From Actinomycetota bacterium (lineage in GTDB: Bacteria > Actinomycetota > Acidimicrobiia > IMCC26256 > VFJJ01): DNA of 64,000 nucleotides. Shown here piece after piece: positions 45,169 to 54,606 of this stretch; the first letter of the stretch is position 1; every line of letters starts with the position of its first letter. Both the position numbers and the translations under genes were made by a program. The notes beneath the pieces were generated by a model. It was not told the origin of the DNA and made no database searches. It worked only from the letters and a program-made list of their open reading frames with translations. The DNA lies in NCBI GenBank assembly GCA_009886115.1, contig VFJJ01000043.1:1-64000 (forward strand), read 5' to 3'.

Positions 45169-46392
45169 TCAGAGACACAGCACTTTGGGGGTCCGGGTGA
45201 GGATCCGACAGCCGTCGTCGGTGACCACGACGCTGTCTTCGATGCGAACACCCCCGACACCCGGGAGGTACACGCCGGGCTCGACGGTGACGATGTCGTC
45301 GGTCGCCAAGGTATCACGGGTCCTGGGCCCGACCCGGGGGGCCTCGTGGATCTCCAGCCCGACCCCGTGCCCGGTGCCGTGGGTGAAGCGCTCTCCCCAA
45401 CCGGCGGCTTCGATGACGTCGCGACACGCTGCGTCGACCGCCACGGACTCGGTTCCCGCCCGCACAGCAGCGACCCCGGCCTCTTGGGCTTCGAGGACGA
45501 GGTGCCACAGCCGGCTGGCGTCTGGCCCCGGATCGCCGAGCGAGACGGTCCGGGTCATGTCGGAGCAGTACCCGTCGACCATGCAGCCGAAATCGAGGAT
45601 CAGCAGCTCACCGGGGCCGATGCGACGGTCGGAGACGCGGGCATGGGGACGGGCGCCGTTGGGGCCGGCCGCGATGATCGGCTCGAAGCTCGTGCCCGAC
45701 GCCCCCCGCTGGCGCATCGCGATCTCGAGCTCGAGACCCAGCTCACGCTCGGTCGGCCCGTCGACCAGTCGGGTCAGGCACCCGGCGAGCGCCTCGTCGG
45801 CGATCGCACAGGCGGCCTCGACCCGGGCGATCTCGCCAGCGTCCTTGCGACGCCGGAGGCCTTCCACCAGGCCCTCGGTGGCGACCAGCTCACACTCGGG
45901 GAACCAGGTCGTGGCGTACGAGCGCTGCTGGGCCCAGGTGACGCCGTCGGCTTCCAACCCGAGGCGCCGCACACCTGCACGGGCGACGGCGTCGGTGACG
46001 ATCGTCTGTTGGTGCTGGTTGGAGATCTCGATGGTGGCCGTCACACCCGCGGCCGAGAGCTGCAGCTCGGCCTGTTCGCCGTAACGCCCGTCGGAGACGA
46101 AGAGCGTAGCGTCGGGCGTGACCAGCACCATCGCGGCCGAGCCGGTGAACCCGGTGAGGTAGCGCACGTTGACCAGTCGGGTCACCAGGATGGCCCCGAG
46201 CGCTGCGTGCGGCGACTCGGCGGCCGCCGGATCGCCGACCTCGGTGGCCTGTTCGGTCGTGAACGCCCGCGCCCGCAGCCGATCGAGCCGGCCGGCGACA
46301 TCGCACGGGGTGAGCGAGGCCCCGTCGAGGCGAGCAGTGCGTGCGACGGGTGCCGCGCCATCCGGGCGCGACCCGCGTGTGGACGGGCTCAC
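45169..46392 (-). CDS. Xaa-Pro peptidase (M24 family)
   Basis: YLTGFTGS, DFG...DGYCSDMTRT, HGTGHGVGLEIHE, EPG.Y, RIED. Confidence 0.93.
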   Translation of the reverse strand: MSPSTRGSRPDGAAPVARTARLDGASLTPCDVAGRLDRLRARAFTTEQATEVGDPAAAESPHAALGAILVTRLVNVRYLTGFTGSAAMVLVTPDATLFVSDGRYGEQAELQLSAAGVTATIEISNQHQQTIVTDAVARAGVRRLGLEADGVTWAQQRSYATTWFPECELVATEGLVEGLRRRKDAGEIARVEAACAIADEALAGCLTRLVDGPTERELGLELEIAMRQRGASGTSFEPIIAAGPNGARPHARVSDRRIGPGELLILDFGCMVDGYCSDMTRTVSLGDPGPDASRLWHLVLEAQEAGVAAVRAGTESVAVDAACRDVIEAAGWGERFTHGTGHGVGLEIHEAPRVGPRTRDTLATDDIVTVEPGVYLPGVGGVRIEDSVVVTDDGCRILTRTPKVLCL

Positions 46393-46889
46393 CGACTCGC
46401 CGCTTGCTGGGCCAGGTCGATCGCCGCCCCGACCGCCAGCCGGTAGCCCACACCGCCGAAGCCGGCGATCGTGCCGGTGACGACCGGGGCCACGACCGAC
46501 CGGCGCCGCCATTCCTCGCGGGCCGCCGGGTTCGAGAGGTGCAGCTCGACCTTGACCCCCTCGAACGCCGCCAGCGCGTCGGTGAGCGCGTACGCGTAGT
46601 GGGTGAAGGCGCCGGGGTTGATCACGACCGCCCGGCATCGGCCCCGCGCACCGTGGATGGACTCGACCACGACCCCCTCGTGGTTCGACTGGACATCGTC
46701 GAGCGCCCAGCCCCGCTCCTCGGCGGTCGCGCGGGCGACGGCGACGTGATCGGCCAGGGTGGCGGTGCCGTAGATGGCCGGCTCGCGATGGCCGAGCAGG
46801 TTGAGGTTGGGCCCGTGCACGAGCAGCACGATGTTGGAGGCCGGGCCATGGGGGACGAGCGGGTCGGGCGATGTGGTCGGCGAGCTCAT
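46389..46889 (-). CDS. aroQ: Type II 3-dehydroquinate dehydratase
   Basis: GPNLNLLG.REP.IYG, QSNHEG, NPGAFTH, ELHLSN. Confidence 0.96.
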   Translation of the reverse strand: MSSPTTSPDPLVPHGPASNIVLLVHGPNLNLLGHREPAIYGTATLADHVAVARATAEERGWALDDVQSNHEGVVVESIHGARGRCRAVVINPGAFTHYAYALTDALAAFEGVKVELHLSNPAAREEWRRRSVVAPVVTGTIAGFGGVGYRLAVGAAIDLAQQAASR

Positions 46890-46893
46890 GACG

Positions 46894-48009
46894 TCATTCA
46901 ACACCCACGGCGGCGAATGCCACGTCGAGGGCATGCGCGGGCGGATCGTCGACGCGGGTGACACCCGACGGCCCGGGGAGGACGAACGTGAGCCCGCCCT
47001 CGGACTTCTTGTCGCGCCGCATCACCGCGACGAGCTCAGCGCGAGCGAGCCCCGGGGGCGCCACCATGGGGAGGCGCAGCGCGGCCAGCACGTCGTGCTG
47101 GCGGGCCAGCCACGCGGCGTCGACCCGTTTGAGGGCTCGGGCCAAGGTCCCCGCGAACACCAGTCCGATGGCCACGGCCTCGCCGTGGAGCACGTCGTAC
47201 TCGGCCAGGGTCTCGATGGCATGGGCCAGGGTGTGCCCGTAGTTGAGGACGGCCCGGATGCCGAGACGCTCGTGCTCGTCAGCGGCGACCACCGCGGCCT
47301 TCATCGCTGCGCACCGGGCCACGATGCTCGCGAGCACTGCGGCGTCGCGCCCGTCGATGGCCTCGGCGTCACGGACCAGCACCTCGGCCAGGTCGCCGGG
47401 CGGCTCCGGGGCGCCGTCGAGGAACGCGTACTTGGCGATCTCACCGAGCCCCGCCCGGTACTCGCGCTCGGGGAGCGTGGTGAGCGTGCTCGTGTCGGCC
47501 AGCACCGCGATGGGCTGGTGGAACGCACCCAGCAGGTTCTTGCCTTCGGGCAGGTTCACCGCCGTCTTGCCGCCGATCGCCGCGTCGACCTGGGCCAGCA
47601 GCGTCGTCGGAACCTGCACCACGGCGACACCCCGGTGGTACACCGAGGCCGCGAACCCGGCAGTGTCACCGACCACACCGCCACCGACGGCGATCACGGC
47701 ATCGCCGCGCAGCAGCCCCCACGCGGCGAACTGCCGACAGAGCGCTTCGACCGTGGTGAGGCTCTTGGCCGGCTCGCCGTCGCCGATGAGGAACAGCTCA
47801 GCGGCGATGGACCGGTCGACGAGCGAGGCCACGATGGGGGCTGCGTAGCGCTCGGCCAGGCCGGCCTGGCTCACCACCGCCACCCGGGTCCGAGCGCCCA
47901 CCACGTCGCCGACCAGGGCCGTCGCACCGGGGCCCACGACGATGTCGTACGACCGGTCGCCCAACCTGACCGGTACCCTCCGCACCGGCCGCGCCGCCGC
48001 CGGGCTCAC
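46894..48009 (-). CDS. aroB: 3-dehydroquinate synthase
   Basis: GGGVVGD, PTTLLAQVD, GGKT, LNYGHT, LHGEAV, DKK. Confidence 0.96.
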   Translation of the reverse strand: MSPAAARPVRRVPVRLGDRSYDIVVGPGATALVGDVVGARTRVAVVSQAGLAERYAAPIVASLVDRSIAAELFLIGDGEPAKSLTTVEALCRQFAAWGLLRGDAVIAVGGGVVGDTAGFAASVYHRGVAVVQVPTTLLAQVDAAIGGKTAVNLPEGKNLLGAFHQPIAVLADTSTLTTLPEREYRAGLGEIAKYAFLDGAPEPPGDLAEVLVRDAEAIDGRDAAVLASIVARCAAMKAAVVAADEHERLGIRAVLNYGHTLAHAIETLAEYDVLHGEAVAIGLVFAGTLARALKRVDAAWLARQHDVLAALRLPMVAPPGLARAELVAVMRRDKKSEGGLTFVLPGPSGVTRVDDPPAHALDVAFAAVGVE

Positions 48010-48599
48010 CGGGTGCACCTCGTGAACGCGTCGAGCACGCCCAACGCGGCCTCGTCGACCGAGCAGCCTTCGGTGTCGAGCACGACATGGGCGGCGGCCA
48101 CGTAGGCGGGGGCCCGGAGCCGGCCCAACCGGTCGAGGCGGGCCTCGATGGCCTCGACGCCGGCGAGCAGCGGCCGACCACTGCCGGACCCGACGCGCAG
48201 GACCAGGGTGGAGGTCGGCACGCGCAGCCAGACCACGCAGCAGGCGGCCCGCAGCGCCCGCCGGTTGTCAGGATCGATGACCGCTCCGCCCCCGCAGGCG
48301 ATCACCCCGGGCTCGATGCCGGCACAGGCCTCGGCCAGCGCGTCGCGCTCGAGCAGGCGGAACGCGGCCTCGCCGTCGGTCGCGAAGATCTCGGAGATCA
48401 CCCGGCCGGTGGCGAGCTCGACGACCTCGTCGACATCGACGAACGCACGGTCGAGCCGCCGGGCACAGGCTCGACCGACGCTGGTCTTGCCCGCGCCCAT
48501 CAGCCCGACGAGCGCCAGGTGCCGGGCGGGGTAGCGACCAGCGCCGGGATCGGGCCCAGAAGCACCACCGGGACCGGGCCCGGGAGCAGGACCGTTCAC
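48006..48599 (-). CDS. aroK: Shikimate kinase
   Basis: GLMGAGKT, GEAAFR..E, CGGG, RPLL. Confidence 0.94.
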   Translation of the reverse strand: MNGPAPGPGPGGASGPDPGAGRYPARHLALVGLMGAGKTSVGRACARRLDRAFVDVDEVVELATGRVISEIFATDGEAAFRLLERDALAEACAGIEPGVIACGGGAVIDPDNRRALRAACCVVWLRVPTSTLVLRVGSGSGRPLLAGVEAIEARLDRLGRLRAPAYVAAAHVVLDTEGCSVDEAALGVLDAFTRCTR

Positions 48600-49750
48600 C
48601 GGAGGTTCTGGAGGTACGAGGCGTGGTTGCGCACGAGCTCGTCGACGGTGTCGCCGCCGAACTTCCGCAGCGCTTCCGAAGCCAGCACGAGGGCCACCAT
48701 CGCCTCGGCGACCACACCCGAGGCCGGGACGGCCGTGACGTCGGTGCGTTCCTTGAACGAGACCGTCTCGGCCTTGGTCGAGACGTCGACGGTCCGCAGC
48801 ACCGGCCGGTTGAGCGTGGAGAGGGGCTTCATCGCGACGCGGGCGACGAGCAGATCGCCGGTGGTCATGCCGCCCTCGACGCCACCCGCCCGATGGGTTC
48901 CACGGACATAGGCACCGGCCTCGGCGTCCCAGAGGATCTCGTCGTGGGCCTCGCTCCCCCGTCGCGACGCGACATCGAAGCCGTCGCCTATCTCGACGGC
49001 CTTCATGGCCTGGATGCTCATCAGCGCCTGCGCGAGCAGGGCGTCGATGCGCCGGTCCCAATGGACGTGCGAGCCCAACCCGGGCGGCAGGCCGAAGCCG
49101 AGCACCTCGACAACCCCCCCGAGACTGTCGCCGTCTTTCGCCGCCGCCTTGATCTGCTCGATCATGGCCACCTCGGCCACCGGATCGAAGCACCGCACTT
49201 GGGACGCGTCGATGATCGGCAGATCGTCGCGACCCGGCCGCGAATCGGACGAGGCTCGCGCCGTGCCCATCTGCACGACGTGGCTGATCACGCTGGCGCC
49301 GAGATGGCCCAGCAACAGTTTGGCCAGCGTACCGGCAACGACACGGGCGGCCGTCTCGCGCGCCGACGCCCGTTCGAGGACGTTGCGAGCGTCGTCGAAG
49401 CCGTACTTCTGCATCCCTGCGAGGTCGGCGTGGCCGGGTCGGGGCTCGCGCAGGGGCTTGCTCGTGCGACCAGGTGCCGGCGACATCTCCTCGACCCACT
49501 TCGGCCACTCGGTGTTGCGAATCAGCACCGAGACGGGCGAGCCGATCGTGACGCCGTGGCGGACGCCCGACAGCAGCTCGATGTCGTCCTGCTCGAAGCG
49601 CATGCGGGGGCCGCGCCCGTAGCCCATCCGCCGACGGGTGAGCTCCTCCGAGAGGTCCTCGATCAGCACCGGCAGGCCAGCCGGCAAGCCTTCGACGACC
49701 GCGACGAGCGCAGGTCCGTGGGATTCGCCGGCGGTCAGGAAGCGCAGCAC
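48596..49750 (-). CDS. aroC: Chorismate synthase
   Basis: TAGESHG, RPGHAD, RASARET, MKPLSTL, ER.D; GTG 6 nt after TAACCT. Confidence 0.97.
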   Translation of the reverse strand: MLRFLTAGESHGPALVAVVEGLPAGLPVLIEDLSEELTRRRMGYGRGPRMRFEQDDIELLSGVRHGVTIGSPVSVLIRNTEWPKWVEEMSPAPGRTSKPLREPRPGHADLAGMQKYGFDDARNVLERASARETAARVVAGTLAKLLLGHLGASVISHVVQMGTARASSDSRPGRDDLPIIDASQVRCFDPVAEVAMIEQIKAAAKDGDSLGGVVEVLGFGLPPGLGSHVHWDRRIDALLAQALMSIQAMKAVEIGDGFDVASRRGSEAHDEILWDAEAGAYVRGTHRAGGVEGGMTTGDLLVARVAMKPLSTLNRPVLRTVDVSTKAETVSFKERTDVTAVPASGVVAEAMVALVLASEALRKFGGDTVDELVRNHASYLQNLR

Positions 49751-49829
49751 GAGCAGAGGTTACCGGTCGACTCGCGACGTGGGCTCACCTGGACGGGCGA
49801 ATGCTCCGGCCCGGCCGACGCTCCGACGC

Positions 49830-50603
49830 TCAGCCGCCGCGGTACCAGTCGAGCAGCGGGGCCCCCCACAGAACGGCGGTGATCGTCCCGGCGGCGAGGA
49901 ACGGGGCGAACGGGATGTGCTGCTTGCGGCCACGTTTCTTCGAGGCCATGAGGACGACGCCCACGACGGCTCCGAAGAGGAACCCGGAGAACAGGCCCAG
50001 GGCCACGTGCCCCCAGCCCAGCCAGCCCAGGTACAGGCCGAGGATTGCCGACAGCCGCACGTCGCCGAAGCCCATCCCGCGGGGTTGCACGATGTGGAGG
50101 ACGTACAAGAACGCGAAGGCGACCACGGCGCCCCCGAGGGCTCGGGGAACCTGACCCCACCGGTCGTCGAGCGCCGCCGCCAGGGCCAACAGGGGCAACG
50201 ACGCGAACCCCACGGGGTACACGATCCGGTTCGGCACGATGTAGTGCTCGAGATCGATGACCGCAATGGCCAAGAGCGCGGCAAACAGCAGGCAGAACGC
50301 CGGGATCTGCCACGACCCGTCGAAGCGGATCGCCACGGCGCCGAACAGGGCCGCCGTTCCCAGCTCGACGAGGGGATAGCGCACCCCGATCTGGGCATGA
50401 CAGCGCCGGCACCGCCCCTTGAGGAGCATCCACGACACGACGGGGACGAGGTCGCGGGGTGCGAGCACGTGGTCGCACTGCGGGCAGTGCGAGCCCGGCG
50501 ACCCCACCGATTCCTTCCGGGGAACACGCCAGATGACGACGTTGAGGAAGGAACCGACGAGCAGCCCCAGCACCGTGCACCCTATGGCGACCTCTGTGGC
50601 CAT
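49830..50603 (-). CDS. pilD: Prepilin peptidase (A24)
   Basis: GSFLNVVI.R, S.CP.C, GRC..C, YPLVE, GMGFGD, PFAPFL. Confidence 0.93.
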   Translation of the reverse strand: MATEVAIGCTVLGLLVGSFLNVVIWRVPRKESVGSPGSHCPQCDHVLAPRDLVPVVSWMLLKGRCRRCHAQIGVRYPLVELGTAALFGAVAIRFDGSWQIPAFCLLFAALLAIAVIDLEHYIVPNRIVYPVGFASLPLLALAAALDDRWGQVPRALGGAVVAFAFLYVLHIVQPRGMGFGDVRLSAILGLYLGWLGWGHVALGLFSGFLFGAVVGVVLMASKKRGRKQHIPFAPFLAAGTITAVLWGAPLLDWYRGG

Positions 50604-50676
50604 GCGTTCCTCCCCGATTCTCGACCAGGACCGATCGGGCCGGGCGGGCTGGCCCCTCCGGCACGGGCTCGTCGGA

Positions 50677-51162
50677 CTACCAGGTCGTCCCGCTGGTGAC
50701 GGTCAGGGCGTGGTTCGCGGTGCAGAGCGAGGCATCGGTGGTGGAGCCGTAGAAGGGACTGGCCTCGACCCCGACGACGTCGTGGATCACGTAGCAGGTC
50801 CCGCTGGTGGCCATCACCGCGATCCCGAGCTCCTGGTCGTTCGACGTGACCCCCACGCTGACGACCTCCACGTCGTTCGACGGAGCGGCGGGGGCCAGGT
50901 AGGTGTAGGTGGGCTCGATCGTGGGCAGCGCGGCTTCGGCGTCGCCGTAGGTGGAGGCGTCGGCGTAGAGGATCCTCGCTGCGGTCAGGACGTTGCGGGC
51001 GACCGACTGCGCCTCGCGGTTGTCGGCCCGGGTTCGGGCACTCAAGAACGTGGGCACGGCGATCACGATCAACACGCCGAGCACCAGCGCGACGACGAGC
51101 AGCTCGACCAGGGTGAACCCCCGGTCGTCGCGTCGCGTCCTGCGTCGGAGAACCTGGATCAT
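50677..51162 (-). CDS. Type IV pilin-like protein
   Basis: Basic leader followed by G|FTLVELLVV...IAVPTF (class III signal peptide); C-terminal Cys pair. Confidence 0.9.
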   Translation of the reverse strand: MIQVLRRRTRRDDRGFTLVELLVVALVLGVLIVIAVPTFLSARTRADNREAQSVARNVLTAARILYADASTYGDAEAALPTIEPTYTYLAPAAPSNDVEVVSVGVTSNDQELGIAVMATSGTCYVIHDVVGVEASPFYGSTTDASLCTANHALTVTSGTTW

Positions 51163-51232
51163 CGATGCGCCCCCTCGGCCCGGCTTGCGGAGTCGCGCGG
51201 CGGTGCCGCGGCTCCCGTGTCTGTCCCAACAC

Positions 51233-51259
51233 ATCGGAACCGGACCCGTCCAGGTTGAG
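51233..51259 (-). promoter_or_regulatory. Putative FliA/WhiG-type (sigma28-like) promoter for the pilin
   Basis: Minus strand CTCA-N17-TCCGAT, about 70 nt upstream of the pilin ATG. Confidence 0.45.
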
Positions 51260-51335
51260 CGCGTTTCGCCCTGAACGGACATATCGCTCGTGCGGCAGGC
51301 GGCCGAGGGCGGGCTCGGGCGCCTCTCAGCGACCG

Positions 51336-52193
51336 CTACACCGTCATGCCGCCGTCGACGGGGATGACCGCGCCGGTGAGGCCGCTGGCCTCGGGCGAGC
51401 ACAGGTAGGCGATGGCCGAGGCGACCTCCTGGGGATCGAGGAGGCGGCCGGTGAGGTGGTGCACGGCGAAGTCGTCGACCGAGGCCAGGTCGTAGATGAC
51501 AGCCGAGGCTGCCAGCATGGGGGTGCGCATCGACCCGGGACAGACCGCATTGGCGGTCACGCCCAGCGGCCCGAGATCGCAGGCCAGGCCGCGGACGTAG
51601 CCGACCACCGCGTGCTTGGCGGCGTTGTAGGCGCCGAGCCGGGGCATGCCGGTGAGACCGGCCGCGGAGGCGACGGCGACGAACCGTCCCCGACCCGCAG
51701 GAGCCGTGGCCACGATGGCGGGGATGGCCGCCCCGGCGAGGTGGTGGACCCCGTCGACGTTGACGGCGAACAGCTCGCGCCACAGATCGGACGGGGTCTC
51801 CCAGGCTGGTGGTCCGCCGCCCATGAGCCCGGCGCAGGCGATCGCCGCGTCGAGACGCCCGAAGCGCGCGACGACGTCGGTCACGGCCCTCACCAGGGAG
51901 TGAGCCTCGCGAACGTCAGCGACCAGGGCCATCGCCGGCGACCCCGCAGCCTCGCAGGCGTCGCGCACCGCTTCCAGCTCCGCGACCGTGGCCTGTGGGT
52001 ACGGCACGGCCGGGTTGGGCGCGCAGGCGTCGACCAGGCCGACCCGCCATCCCCGGCTGGCGAGCAGTCGAGCGGTCGCGGCCCCGAGGCCGCGTGCGGC
52101 CCCGGTGACGATGGCGACCGGGGCCGCGCCGGGGCCGCCCTCGGAGCCAGCAGCGCCCCCAGAATCGGCAGCGCCCTCAGAAGGTGATGACAC
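51336..52193 (-). CDS. Mycofactocin-coupled SDR family oxidoreductase
   Basis: TGAARGLG, the insertion DACAPNPAVPYPQATVAEL typical of mft-associated SDRs, YNAAK. Start uncertain. Confidence 0.85.
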   Translation of the reverse strand: MSSPSEGAADSGGAAGSEGGPGAAPVAIVTGAARGLGAATARLLASRGWRVGLVDACAPNPAVPYPQATVAELEAVRDACEAAGSPAMALVADVREAHSLVRAVTDVVARFGRLDAAIACAGLMGGGPPAWETPSDLWRELFAVNVDGVHHLAGAAIPAIVATAPAGRGRFVAVASAAGLTGMPRLGAYNAAKHAVVGYVRGLACDLGPLGVTANAVCPGSMRTPMLAASAVIYDLASVDDFAVHHLTGRLLDPQEVASAIAYLCSPEASGLTGAVIPVDGGMTV

Positions 52194-53283
52194 CGCGGAT
52201 GTTCTTGCCGGCCAGGAGGTCGGCGTAACCCTCGTTGATCTGGTCGAGCGTGTACGTGGTGGTGATCAGCTCGTCGAGCTTGAGGAGGCCGTCTCGGTAG
52301 AGCCCCAGCAGCTTGGGGATGTCGACACGAGGGTTGCAGGATCCGAACAGCGTGCCCCTGAGCTGCTTGTTCATGAGCGTCAGATCGAGCAGGCTGAGCT
52401 GCACGTCCATCTGCATCATCGGAGCGACGGCCGTCGCCACGCAGGTGCCGCCCTTGGCCGTGAGGGCCATGCCCGGAGCGATGAGATCGCCCGTGAGCAC
52501 CCCCGGGCACAGGATCACCGAGTTCGCCATGAGACCGTACGAGAGCTGCTGGACCAGCGGCATGGCCTCCTCCATGGAGGCGACGGCGTGGGTCGCCCCG
52601 AGGCTCATGGCGGTCTCGCGCTTGAACTCGAGGGGGTCGACGGCCACCACGTACCGAGCTCCGGCCATCCGGGCGCCCTGGACCGCGTTCATGCCGATCC
52701 CGCCGCATCCGACGACGACGACCGTGTCGCCGACCGTGACCTCGGCCCGGTTGACCGCCGATCCCCAGCCGGTGGCCACGCCGCAGCTCACCAACGCGAC
52801 CTGCGGCATCGGGAGGTCGGGCTCCACCTTGACGAGCGACATCTCACTGCACACCGTGTGCTCGGAGAACGTCCCGATGGCACACATCGAGTTGAGCTCG
52901 ATCCCCTTGGCCCGGACCCGACTCGTGCCGTCGAGCATCCGACCCGAGAGCAGCATCGCTCCGGTGTCGCAGAGGTTCTGTCGACCCGTCGAGCACATCC
53001 GGCACCGGCCGCACGACGGGATGAACGAGAACGAGACGTGATCGCCCGGAGCGAGGTCGGCGACACCCGGGCCGACCTCCATCACGACGCCGGCACCCTC
53101 ATGACCGCCGATGATGTTCGGGGCGGCGGGCATGTCACCGGTGATGAGGTGCTCGTCGGAGTGGCACATCCCTGCTGCGGCCATCTTGACCAGGACCTCA
53201 CCGGTCTTGGGCCCGTCGAGATCGACGTCCTCGACCGACCACTGCTTGGCCCCGTCCCACAGCACCGCAGCACGCGTCTTCAT
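52177..53283 (-). CDS. Zn-dependent alcohol dehydrogenase (NDMA-dependent/nicotinoprotein type, mycofactocin-associated)
   Basis: GMCHSDEH, GGHEGAG, CGRCRMC...NLC, CGVATGWGSA, GKNIRG. Confidence 0.88.
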   Translation of the reverse strand: MKTRAAVLWDGAKQWSVEDVDLDGPKTGEVLVKMAAAGMCHSDEHLITGDMPAAPNIIGGHEGAGVVMEVGPGVADLAPGDHVSFSFIPSCGRCRMCSTGRQNLCDTGAMLLSGRMLDGTSRVRAKGIELNSMCAIGTFSEHTVCSEMSLVKVEPDLPMPQVALVSCGVATGWGSAVNRAEVTVGDTVVVVGCGGIGMNAVQGARMAGARYVVAVDPLEFKRETAMSLGATHAVASMEEAMPLVQQLSYGLMANSVILCPGVLTGDLIAPGMALTAKGGTCVATAVAPMMQMDVQLSLLDLTLMNKQLRGTLFGSCNPRVDIPKLLGLYRDGLLKLDELITTTYTLDQINEGYADLLAGKNIRGVITF

Positions 53284-53637
53284 GCTCTCCACCGTTTCGT
53301 CTCGCCGACTCGGCCCGATCGTTCGCCGTACGCTAGTGCCACCGTCGACGTCGATCGACCCCGCCGACCCCGGACCGGGTCCCGTGCCGCACGGCGGCCC
53401 CGCCTCGCCGGCGACCGGCGTGCGCGCCGTGCGCGCCGAGGGCGCCGACCTCCGGCGAGCCGGCGGGCGGCAACTCGCCGTCAGTGGTCCTCGGTCCCGG
53501 TCGGACGGCCCCTGCGGTTGGCGGCGAGACGGTATCCGCCCACGCTGGCGGCGCTGACGCTCACTCTCGAGATCGCTGCGACCCTGCCGGCCATCGGCTT
53601 GCTGGTCGCAGGCATGCCACCCACGGTGATCCGACCG

Positions 53638-54606
53638 TCATGCGATCAACCCCCGGAGCGCCTCGGGCACCCGCGATGGGCCGGCCAGCTCCACACAGCG
53701 TCCCCCGCCGGCCCGGGCCAGCGCCCTGGCGTCTTCAGCGTCGCCGAGGGGTGCCACCACGTGCAACTGCTCGAGTCGCCGGGCCTCGACCACGGGATCG
53801 GTGCCTGCTGTCGGACGGCCGTCCGAGAGCAAGATCACGACCTTGCGCCGCGCCGGGCTTCGTTCGAGCTGCTCACGAGCCACGCGCAGGGCCAGCGAGA
53901 GATTCGTCGTCCCGTACCCCTTGAGCGCGAGGAGGTCGTCGACGACCTCCTCGACGTCGCGGGGCACGTCCTGGGACTTGAGGACGATGGCGTCACCGGC
54001 GAAGGCGACGACCGAGTGATCGAGGGGCGCCCGCCAGGCGACGGTGGCGGCAGCGACGGCCGCGGCCGCCAGTCGGGCCCCGCCCATCGAGCCGCTGCGG
54101 TCGACCAGCAGGCACACGGCCAGGCGAGCCTTCACCCAATCGCGCGACCGGAGCTCGTCGATGGCCGGCGCTCGACCGGCGGCGCGGGCCTCGACGAGAG
54201 CGTCGAGCGAGGCGTCGATGTCGAGATCGCCACCGTCGCTCCATCGGGCCGTGCGTAGACGCTCGATGCCCCGGCGAGCGAGCGCATCACTTCGGGCGAA
54301 GCGGACGATCACCCGCCCGGCCAGCCGGCGCGCGAGCTCCTTGAGCTGGGCGTCCGTCACGTTCGCCAGGTCGGCCAGGAGGCCGAGCGCGTCGTCGGGG
54401 GACTCCTCGAACACCTGGGCGAACGCATCGACGTCGAGCTCGCCGGTCTGGGGTGAGACCCGTTCGAACTCGGGGCGCCGGGCGAGCAGCTGCCGGGCGG
54501 TGGTGCGACGACGCTCCTGGCGGACGGCGTCTGCGGCCTCGTCGCCCTCTCGGATCAGGCCCCGTCCCGCCGAGCCTCGGCCGGGAACGGGGCTGGAGCT
54601 TTTCCC
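53638..54606 (-). CDS. VWA-domain protein; reading frame most plausibly entered by -1 frameshift from the upstream AAA+ gene
   Basis: MIDAS DRSGSM, GTT, LSDG; DLDIDASLDA. The frame is open from 54618, but the first ATG/GTG/TTG is at 54414, downstream of protein-like sequence (RRPEFERVSPQTGELD). Confidence 0.85.
   Translation of the reverse strand, partial: GKSSSPVPGRGSAGRGLIREGDEAADAVRQERRRTTARQLLARRPEFERVSPQTGELDVDAFAQVFEESPDDALGLLADLANVTDAQLKELARRLAGRVIVRFARSDALARRGIERLRTARWSDGGDLDIDASLDALVEARAAGRAPAIDELRSRDWVKARLAVCLLVDRSGSMGGARLAAAAVAAATVAWRAPLDHSVVAFAGDAIVLKSQDVPRDVEEVVDDLLALKGYGTTNLSLALRVAREQLERSPARRKVVILLSDGRPTAGTDPVVEARRLEQLHVVAPLGDAEDARALARAGGGRCVELAGPSRVPEALRGLIA

Noticed and set aside
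53293..53637. 44-codon minus-strand ORF in the VWA-ADH spacer as the MftA precursor, or an MftR operator
   Set aside because: It lacks the C-terminal IDGxCGVY motif and an acidic leader. Only a half match (GGCAC) to an MftR-type palindrome is present.
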